NCBI RefSeq assembly: GCF_964204645.1
Contig: NC_134029.1
Span: 21,260,950 to 21,324,949 of the forward strand
Direction of reading: 5' to 3'
DNA: 64,000 bases
DNA from: Tubulanus polymorphus
Taxonomy: Eukaryota > Animalia > Nemertea
In this document: positions 1 through 10,700 of the stretch, one piece after another
Layout: each line of letters begins with the position of its first letter
How positions within the stretch are numbered: position 1 is the stretch's first letter
The notes under the pieces: model-generated
Seen by the model: the letters and a program-made list of their open reading frames with translations, nothing else
What the model was told of the DNA's origin: nothing
Databases searched by the model: none
Program-made: the position numbers and the translations under genes

Positions 1-1037
1 TATACATTGTAGACCAAAAATTTGGATTTCGTCCAAGTTGACGTCCAATATACGTATTAATCCAGGGCTAGGTAATGGTAGGTAGCAGGCCTAACCCCGA
101 ATAACCTTTCTATCCCTAAACAAACTTTAGATCTAATTTGTCAATAAATTTCCTTATTCGACCCATGTGTTAGTTAGTTGACAAGCACAAGGCATGACTG
201 AAGGTACAGTTTATATCATTCAGATTTTTAGGCTTTTATTGTTTTATGATTCAGACCTACGAATAAAATCTAAATGTGGATTGCATAATTTAAGGGTCAT
301 ACATTCGGGGTTCCCTCGGGACATTAGTCACCTCAAATGCTCTAATTTTAGCTTAAGAATATTTCCAGGGAGGGGAAAAAGACATTTTTGACCTCTAGAG
401 ATGCTGTCATGTAGCCTATGATAGATGTCTGAACATTTTCAGTGTTCTGCATTTATGGGCTGCATTAATTTGATATTAGTATAGGGGGGGGGGGCCTATG
501 ATGTTGTGGCTGGGGAAGTAGCAAGGCTTTCGATCTCCCCAGAAAATATAGAAAACTAAGCTTTATTTTGGTGTAATCTTCTTATTTTTCACGTTGACTC
601 ATTTCAAAGGAATTTTACGACGAGACCTTTTGCATTCTTACTTCATTCTGTTTCGAAGTGGAAAAGTAGAATATTAGATTTTCTCCTCGAATGTTTGGGA
701 CCGACGCAGAGTGAAAGTGAATTTTCGCAATATGCCAACCGAGTTGTCGTCTGTTCGTCTCGGTGGTTGGTCATATTGTACGCCGAATCGAGAATACGTG
801 TTCGATATAAGAGAGACTTGGAAACATTAATGCATTCCGTTGTAAATAGAAACAAAATCCGCAGGAATTCTCGTCGTCGATAATAGACTTGTGTGCTCAG
901 TATTTCCTGAATTACTCGAATGTAAAATGTTCTCAACAGCGTGACAAATGGCCGGCCGTTTTCTCCATCGGAATTTTAAGCATTTCCTATTCTTTAGTAT
1001 TTTAAGTATTTCCTATTGTGTAGTAATCGATTGTGTC

Positions 1038-1299
1038 TTCGGCAAATATATTTCAGTTTCATAATACGCGAAGTGTTGTTAAACGTCAATCAAACTGATT
1101 CTATTCACGGACACCCTCGTACCCGTGTCGAAACCTAAATCCCGGAAAATTTACTTTTTTTAACTGAAAACATATTATTCGGCAAACATATTTCAGTTTC
1201 ATAATACGCAATGTGTTGTAAAACGTCAATCAAAGTAATTCTATTCACAGACCCCTGGTACCCGTGTCGAAACCTAGATCCCGAGAAATTTACTTTTTT
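1038..1299. repeat. Tandem duplication, 140-bp period
   Basis: ttcggcaaa(t/c)atatttcagtttcataatacgc...gtgtcgaaaccta at 1038 and 1178. Confidence 0.85.
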
Positions 1300-1575
1300 A
1301 GAAAAAAAAGAAAACGCACACTTGGATAATTTTCGATAATGCTGTTTTATTGTTGTTAAGAAATGGGAATATTGATTCAAGATATTGCCATATTTGGATG
1401 TTTGATGTTAGAATATCAGCTGCTTGAGGACTGAAACGCTTATTTTATTCGTTCCTGCAATAGTTTTAAGAATCTCTTCACGCTTTCAATAAATGTTTTC
1501 AATTGTATATTATTAATTGTATGAATAAATTCTTGAATTCCTGAATGAATTACATTTCTTTTTTTTTTGATACAG

Positions 1576-1718
1576 GTGGAAACGCAAGGTGCGGCCGATG
1601 GTCACTTGCAAATCGACGATGTTCTAGTGAATATAAATGGATCTGAGGTGTTATCTCGAGCGCAGGCTATTCTGCTGATTCGAGGGGCTCAGAGAACCCT
1701 CACTCTTACAATACTCAG
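1576..1718 (+). CDS. SHROOM: Shroom exon: C-terminal half of the PDZ domain
   Basis: Poly-T tacag|...CTCAG|gtaagt; translates VETQGAADGHLQIDDVLVNINGSEVLSRAQAILLIRGAQRTLTLTILR; ends phase 2. Confidence 0.88.
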
Positions 1719-4700
1719 GTAAGTGACCAGGACGTGCTGCCACCTGGTATATGTATCATGGAACTATTGAATAGCATAGCATGAGGAAATGAGAATGTAT
1801 TGCAGCGAGACACTATTGACGTGGTTATGTAAATAATTCATTATTCCCCTATTTAGGTTTCACCCTTGAGTTCGTGAGTGGTATTGAAAATCTATATAAT
1901 TTGTTTCCCTTTTGGAAACTGACATTACGGTACCATAGCCTTATTCAATACCCGTACGTACATTTTGCTTTGATATGCCAAGAATATTGATGCATATACG
2001 ATGTGTTATAAATTGTTTCTTTTTATAAGAAAGCAAGCCACAGGTGACAACAATTCTCTGCCTCGAATCTGGAACTCCGAAATTACCACGTGTTCGCTCT
2101 TATTGCATTGTTGGATATATTTTGTTGTATTTGGGGCCAATAGCTAAATTTTGTCAAGACGACTTTTTGATTTTGGACCCCTTTCTTCAGTTGTGAGGTT
2201 ATCTTCAAGGTCTGTTGCTAGGTGGCGCACTGGACCCATTCTTTGCGCTTCACAACTAGAACCCCTACTAACATTACCCAAGTTTCATCAAGATCGACCC
2301 ACTATTCATGAATCTAAGCAGCTGAAGGACTCGAACAGTACGAGAATAAGGGTCTCCGGCTCAAGAACCAAAACCTTTTCCACGGTTAGGCCTTAACACC
2401 TTGTTCCATTTGTGAGTTTAATTTTAACCCTTATCGGAATAATTGAAAATGAGCAGGTTTAGCTCGTATATGCTGGTACTCAGTATCGATAGGATTTTAT
2501 TGCAAATCGCATGTTGTAATATTTCATTGTTCGTCAATCGGGTTTACGCACTTCAAACAACGCTCGTAATTAATTGATTGGTTTTGTGAAGGTTTTTCTC
2601 GGTACGTCTGACTGCGACGACGCCTGACTGCGACGACGATGCCTGGATGTGATGAATAACGCAAACAGGCATAATATACAACGACCGCGTACACGCCTTT
2701 TAGTAATAGTAGTGAAATAGTCACAGTCAGCTGCTCGATCAGGCAACATCTTTAACAACGTCTGTGCGTCGCAAGCACCGCGCGGCGTGGGTATAGTGCG
2801 CACGGTACAGAGACTATACATGTTTAATTTCACCTGTCTCACGCGAAAGACGGAAAAAGCAGGAAAAAGCGCGTACATTTATACAACGTTTTCTCTTTCG
2901 TTCGCGTTGAAAAGCTCGCGCGAATAATTTCATTTTTGAAACGTATTCAACGCCCGTAATTGTTGGTGGTTTTGTTGTAAGAACGTCTCGACGCGAGTTA
3001 TCGTCGTCGTCGTTGCCAGAATTTCGATGAATCGACACGACCGGAATTTATTAATAACTTCGTATTCAGCGTTTCTGTCGACAAGTATTCATTCTTGATA
3101 TGATAATATCGGCTGTATTTTTTTTCTATCGCGCCAATGATTATATATATATATATATATATCCCGTGTGTGTGTGTGACGAATCACGACAACAAAAAAA
3201 CAATTTTTGAGTTCAGCTCGCCGCGTTTGCGTACATGCGGTTAGTCATCTCGTAAATGGATTACAGATTTGGCGACACGCGCATATAAGAGATCGTCAGA
3301 TTAACGGATTTTTAATCGAATGATTACCGTAATCTGATCCGTAAATAAATAGCTATAAATATTTTGACGATCGAATCGAATTGCGAAAATGAGTTCCATA
3401 ATCAGAAGATTGAGTCATAGGAAGAAGAAAAGAAAGTAAGTAAGAAATGTATTTTGAACACCGGCCTTAGTGCGATCATTTTTTTCAATTCCCTCAACCC
3501 ACTGAGCACCACGTAGGGCATTATAAGCGAATTCGATGTTTCTTTTTCCCATTGGGGGAGAGACCAGAGAAGAACCTTCGACCAAGAAACTCTGTCTCCA
3601 CGAGATTGACGAGACCAGTGGCCGGCAGCTTAACCCACTCAGCCTCTGCTCCTCTCTTTTGCCATGGTGCCATACATTGCATTTTGTTACACAGGGTGAA
3701 CACTTTTCCCCCATTTTCATGAGTTTCCATATTATCCGACGAATTTCCTTGATTGAGTCTACTGGTGAATGAAAAAAAATTTTTAGGTTTAGAATGCCGT
3801 GATTAATTTCATTTTTAATGGATCAGGTATTGATAAGTCACACCTGATACCCGACTTTTCCAGGTTTTCTAGGTTACTGGCCACTCTATCTTAGTTTCAC
3901 TGCTATTTAGTGAATTCTGTAGGACTCGTGTTGTTATGGGGTGATAACCGTATCATTCTCAATTATCAATTATCCCTGCTTTACCGACTCGTCTGGCCTA
4001 CACCTGGATTGATTACCACCATTTAAACATTTATTTAATAAAAATTGGATTAGAATGCCATGTGGCATGTTTCGAAACATTTCTCGTATGCATTCCTGAA
4101 TAATTTTCATATGAAGCATATGTTTTATTGGATATAACCAACCCGGAATGGTGCCGTTGCAGATTTTATTGAATTTGTCGCAGGATTGATTCATTGGACT
4201 GGTTCTGCAGTTTCCTCTCATTTCAGCCGATCATTTTTTGACGGACCGGAATTTTCAATTTCCGTCTGAATATCTCTTTTTCAATCATTCACCTATCAAA
4301 ATTACATTTTGGTAAGTAGCTCATTCTGGGATGGTCTCTCTGAGTTGAACTGTAGGCTACCAAGATCAGACAATTTCATTTAATTTTTTTTTGCGGAATT
4401 CCAAATCTTCGAATATTTGTTGGATATCTTGTTCATTTGCCGTGAGTCATTTCGATAAAATCCTTGGCAAACATGGAAAATTTGACTTTGAAAAGGAAAT
4501 TTGTCAACTCCTCCAAACAGGGGATAGAATACAATATTTCAATCCTATTCATTCCTATCAAGTTACATAGGGAGGATATGTCATTGTATTGTTGTCTATC
4601 ACTGATGTTATTATTGAGTACACTTCCATTTTATTGCTGGTTTCCCCTGATTTTATTGTAGCATATGTTCTGTAATTCTACATGGTTTCCATAGCGCTGG

Positions 4701-7700
4701 GAAAAATTGATGATTTTGAAATGATGTTTCCAGGTTTGGAAATATTTGGGAACTTGATAGATTTTCCTCTTATCCTGGAAATATTTGAGAAATTGATGTA
4801 GCATTTACCGAGGGCGACTTACTTCAGTGTTCATTGAAAATCACCTTTATCAACCAGTTACCATTAAAATGTTGAAAGTGATGGTGATATCTGTTCAAAG
4901 GCCATATTTCCATTGGGGAAAATTTGAAAAATCCTTCACACTGAGATGCTTCGTTAAAACTTGGGAGTTTTGAATTCATGTAACTGTATGGCAACCATGA
5001 TTCTTACCAATACTGTCGTGATTATTTATATCCGATGCACAGTTATATCATCGGGTATGTTACGTTTTATTTTTGGTATAAATTATAGGATAGACATCGA
5101 ATAAAATTCGAAATCCGGAATCGTATATGATTGAGAAACTAATTTATTACAAATGTATTACGTAATCTAGGAACTATAATCCGTAGGGTTGGTTCAGTCA
5201 TGATCTGAAGTCAAAAGGAATAATATGAAATCATAATCGTGGCTCATTTTCTGGGATAATCATGCGTACATTGTGTCGGTCTAGTACCTACAGTACAGTC
5301 AGGACTAGAACCTAATTTAATTATATTGTTTACTCATATTTCACGGATCTATACGGTATTTGTTGACACTTGCCTTATATGGTTAATACTCGTATTTGCC
5401 TTTTATGTCTGACTGTCATGCGCCATGCGTCCGAGACGCTACGATACATTTGTGGGTTCGTCCGCACGCCGTGAAGCGTGGGTTTAGCGGGCAGGCGTCA
5501 AGGGGGGGGTGGGCAAGGGGATGGTATAGTGTCCCCCTGTGCGAGTGTAGCTGTCCTCAATTAATAGCGACACATGGGACCCTTGTGCGGGTAACGGTAC
5601 TGTGGTCGTATATCTCTTTGTCAATATACCCATATGGCACACATTCCACGCATAGTGGAATATATTGTAATGAAATTTATTACACGTAACTATATATGTC
5701 GGCCGGTTGAATCGAGAACGGTTATTGTATATTTTTAACAGGTTTATGCACGCCGTTTTTGGTCATGTATTAATGTTCGCCTTTAAAATCGCGTATAAAC
5801 ATTCCACAATGTTTTCATAATATTCCCTAAAAACGAAACGCTTTCTTCGTCGGTATTTCCAAGGTGAACTCGTGAATGTGATTCATTTTGAGAGGGAGTT
5901 GTGGAGATATAAATAGAAATGTTAGATTTAAGTAAATTACCACAGCTATTTATAGGACATAACTGACTGCCTTGCAGCCATTTTGGAATATTCTGTACCG
6001 AGTGAACTGAACTGCTGACCTCGAACACGGCACAGTCGTTCAGATGAACTCGTCGTCGTCACACTCGATAATAAAAACATCGATTGATTTTTGTTGTGAT
6101 GACGTTGATTGTAGTCGATAGATTTCGCACGATTCATTCAGGAAAAAATCGAAGTTGCCACAAGCGACGACGACATCGATGATATATAGTAGTGTCATCA
6201 CGCGGAATTAGATAGACACTCAGCTGGATACAAATCAAAAAGCTATTTGGTCTTGGAGTAATCGATTGAGACATTTATTATCATATCCTCCCGCGGAATA
6301 GTGTAGTGATAAACGTTAGGTCTAGGCTGAGTCGACTGTTTCCTGAGAATGTCAACTGTTATTGATAATTGTCTGGTATATCGGTGAATACTCTAACTGG
6401 AATACCTACCTGCGATCAGTAACATATACGGCAGGTATATTTAGGGTAATTTATGTATAAACTACAGCACTGTAGCGTCTATAGAAGAATGAACTAATGT
6501 ATGTGATAATAGTTTGTAACAGTGATTGTCTGCGCGATACCCGGGGCAGATGTGTCGTATGTTTACTCAGGACTGCGAAACAGCCCTGTCGGTTTGTGAC
6601 GGTTTTTGCGCGTCTGATCTCCGGGCGACCAGACAGATTACCCTTTAAACTCGGCGCAACGGTCGATTCGGACCAAACGTTCGACGATTTGATAAACGGT
6701 CGTGGATTTTATGGATTTTCTTCGTAATCCGAACTGATTTGTCGCTATAGAAACCGCGTAGTTTCTTCTTTCGAGGACACTGGGAGGACACCGGGCATGT
6801 ACGAGCAACGGACTTGTTTATTACGATTGAAAAATAAATGTGATAATGTTGAAATTTAAACTTTCCAGGTACGTAATGCGCAATAGCGAATTTAGATTCA
6901 TGTAACCTCTGCATCACCCTAACCATTAACTGTTAATGTCGGATCATTCATATTTAATGCAAATGTGATGAACTTTTGATTTCATGATCCAACGCAATCT
7001 GCGTTGTGCTGAATTAACCTCATTAAATCATCCAACACTTACAGCGTCCCTACGAATCCTTGATTCCTTAAAAACTCCTAAACGGAAAATGCGTTTAAAG
7101 AGCAAAATGCCCAAAATTTTGAAATTTCTGTCTAGTTTATAGTTGTACAATGAACTATGCATAAAAATTGGTAAGTTGAAATATTTTTTTACTCAGGCCA
7201 AATTAGAAACAAGTTTATGTAGTGTAAAGGATAAAAATTTGCTTATGGAACCACCAAATGAATGGTTTACCGGGATAAACAGAACCGATTTAGGAGGAGT
7301 CTTCAGTCATTGGGATATGAAAATGATGCAGACGCTTCCTCGAAATTTGAAATCTTCCACTTTGAAACGCCTTGAAAACTCCTTTTATCCAAGAATGACT
7401 GGTCTTTAGGGACCCTGTATATCCAGGAATGACTGATCTGTAGGGACCCTGACTTATTTTCATGTACATGAGCTGTACAGAGTTTGAGACGCTGTTATTG
7501 TGCGAGACACCTGTATTAATGAAACCGCTTCATTCGCCCAGAGTTTAATCAGACACTCATCGATTGGTTTATTGATTAATTGATCGATCGAGAAAATTGA
7601 TTCGGAGCTTCGTTAACGCTAGGCAATAAATATACGCGCGTAGTGAACAGAATTAAACCCCGGACTCTAAAAAAAAAAAAAAAAAAAATTTCTAATATCG

Positions 7701-10700
7701 AAGCCATGTTCTCGTGGTCGGTTCCTGCTGGTTGTGAATAATGTATATTATTCCACCCGACTAGAATTCATTCGAATACCTTCGGCATAATTTGCGCATT
7801 GGATGGTGAATAATTGATAATATAGATCGAGGCGGTGGTAGACGCATGTCTGACTGTGGGACGCTCGTGGGAAACTATATCAACAGTTTCATCGCTCCCA
7901 GTCCACGCGGAGAATGAGGAGACGATGAGGACGAGTCGCTGTCTTCCAGCTTTCGATAGTTAGAAAATTGCAAATACGGATATTCGCAAATATTTCGAAC
8001 GGTATTTGCAATTTTATCGCGCGTGGATAATAGAATTGTGTCTCGCTGATAACTGCTTCATCGATTGTCAACGTCGTATAATTCTTGAAATGTCAATTTC
8101 GTTGTTTTCGTCGCAAACAGGAAAAACATATGAAAAGGAATTTCCGTTGTGCGCGCTCTTGACGAACTGCTTGTGTATATTTTGTTTACGTTTTCTCTCG
8201 TGAATAACTTTTATTTTTCTAATTCGTCGGCCTGTATTCCGATTAAAAAGGAAGGACCGTGTATAATCGGGCGTTTGTCCGTTAGTCCTCGTTTGCGGAA
8301 ACGTTCGTCTTGAAATGTTGAAATATCTATTCGTTTATGTAAGCGTTTCATTTGTTTATCGAAAAAAATAAAAAACTAAAATGTGACCGTCATTTGACAC
8401 TGCCGAGGGACCTTGATATTAATTACTGAGCGGTCGATGCTGTTTTTCATAATAGGAATGCTGTTTTATGGATTTGACGAACGTTATTTATTTCGAATCG
8501 CTCGAGCGCGATGGAGGAATATGAAAAGTCGTCGTTTTGACAAGATTTACGAGGAACCTGCCCTGGGATTACCTCGACAAAACACAGACGTTTGTATTAT
8601 ACACACAAATATGTTATTCCTTTAGTGCCCTTTGTAAAATCTGTTTCGGATTTGCTAGTATTTATGTAAGTTATCGCGTAGGATTTAAAGACGCGAGTAT
8701 CTTGATGGATTTTTGAGAATTCTAGCGCGGCAAGGATTTAAAACACCTCGCATCGATAGGTTTCGCCAGTAATGAGCGTCAGTTTTACGGGGTAGACGCG
8801 CTTCACACGCAGAATGAAGACGTATGGAGTATTTTACATAACGGCTCAATCGCAAGTTTTATACTTGAAACGGTGAGTGTGTGTGAATCAGTTTATTTTT
8901 CTGGAATCGTTTTTGGTTGTGACAATCGAGGGTGGTAATATATGTATACGCGGAAGTAGGTATTTTTTCGTGTCTTTGTTTGCATATGAATCACATATAA
9001 CGAACAATGTAACGATGCATTTTTATGCAATATGTCGCAATATGCCGGTGGGATTAAACCCAGATTTACGGGAGATTTGCGAAGTATTTACTGTCTGAAA
9101 GGCATTGAATGTATAATAAATATTGGATCAACTAATACCAGTTTTGCTGCACTTCTCTTTCCTTCAGGGATCAACATCTCGCCGGATATATCTGATAAAT
9201 TTCAAAAGATTATTATGAATTCTCCATGAGCATTAAGCTTATTTCTCTGTTCAGTGTGGAGGCAGTGTTCTACGGGAATCAGCGCCATTTAAAAGCCATT
9301 ACCTCTTCAGGATTTCATCTGTGTACTGCTTACACTTTGTCGCCTTAATTTCAAATCCCACAATAATTCAGCCAAAGATGAAAAAGTTCTTAAATAGCAG
9401 TGTATATTGTGTATTTGAGCATAGTTTCAGCTTAAGACTAATAGCCATCATCAGAGTATGGTACTGATGATGGCTTTAAGCAGTACCGTGCACCTGATGA
9501 TGGCTATTAGTCTTTAACCGAAACGTTGCTCAAATATATAATACACTCTTTTACTACAGAACTTGTTAACTATTTTATTTGACGCACGAGCTTTCGCTAC
9601 TAACGTGTAGTAGCTTCATCACTCATTCACCTGATGAAGCTACTATACATTAGTAGCGAAAGCTCGTGCGTCAAATAACAATTATATTTGAGCAATGTTT
9701 GGGTTAAAGACTAATAGCCATCATCAGGTGCACGGTACTGCTTAACCCTTTCAGTGCGTCTACACCGCAGTGCGGTGTATAAATCAGTGATGGATTTTGC
9801 TAGTACACCGCACTGCGGTGTATTGATGTAATTAGTAATTTGTAATTATCTCTATTGAAAAATGGCAGCAAGTGTCAAACATAGTGAAATACTAGTAACT
9901 AACGATACACCGCACTGCGGTGTAGACGCACTATAGTGGTATTTCCATTGTTCAACACACTAGGGTGGAATTTTTTAGAATTTTCAAATTTTCTCCAGCA
10001 CTATAGAGTATTAATTAGTCAGCACTGAAAGGGTTAAGCCATCATCAGTACCATACTCTGGTGATGGCTTATAGTTTTTAAGCCATCATCAGTACCGTAC
10101 TCTCATGATGGCTTATAGTCTTTAAGCCATCATATCAGTACCGTACACCTGATGATGGCTATTAGTCTTAAGCTGAAACTATGCTCAAATATACATAATG
10201 TATACACTTTTATTCATGAACTTTTCATCTTTGCCTGAATTATTGCGGGATTTCTCCACTACATTCATCTTCTCGGCTAAATTTGAATTGTTTTTCTCGA
10301 CTTCCGGTCGAATTCAAACCCTCCATTGTCTTTGCTGTGAGGTCATCACTACCTGGTATTGATTCAAACATTCAAAGATTTCTGGGAACGGTCGATTTTT
10401 TCGCCCTCTCGTCGAAAGCTCATCTTGAACGACTTCCAGTCCGGGCGGCCCGCCGATAAATGAAATAAATGCCTGTACAAACAGCCAGGAAGCAATTGTC
10501 GCTTTACATGTATAAGCAAACTAAACACTTAACAATTGTTAAATATTTGCACATAAATTCCTCTATTAACTGTGTCTCTCTTTTCGGTTTTTACCGTGGC
10601 TCGGCGTGAACTTTTGATTCTGGAATTCTGATAAAAAAAGTTCCGAATTCTCGTTCGAGGTTTCGTTGGCTTCGGCAAATAGTTTCATCGATCCGATCGC

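Larger units (their letters stand above)
9353..10253. mobile_element. Nested inverted-repeat structure of probable Penelope-like element pLTR fragments
   Basis: Outer arms aaatcccacaataattcagccaaagatgaaaaagttc / gaacttttcatctttgcctgaattattgcgggattt; middle arms ~9480-9540 and ~9685-9741; inner hairpin 9575-9678; repeated CTGATGA...GAAAC motifs. Confidence 0.6.

Noticed and set aside
8726-8872. 147-nt open segment (RGKDLKHLASIGF...FILET) as an internal Shroom cassette exon
   Set aside because: It is phase 0-0 while the flanking Shroom junctions are phase 2; only the alternative-first-exon reading is retained, at low confidence.
9575-9678. Near-perfect hairpin as a pre-miRNA
   Set aside because: Better explained as an inverted duplication of a hammerhead-bearing repeat that also occurs at ~34725-34770; no known miRNA recognised.
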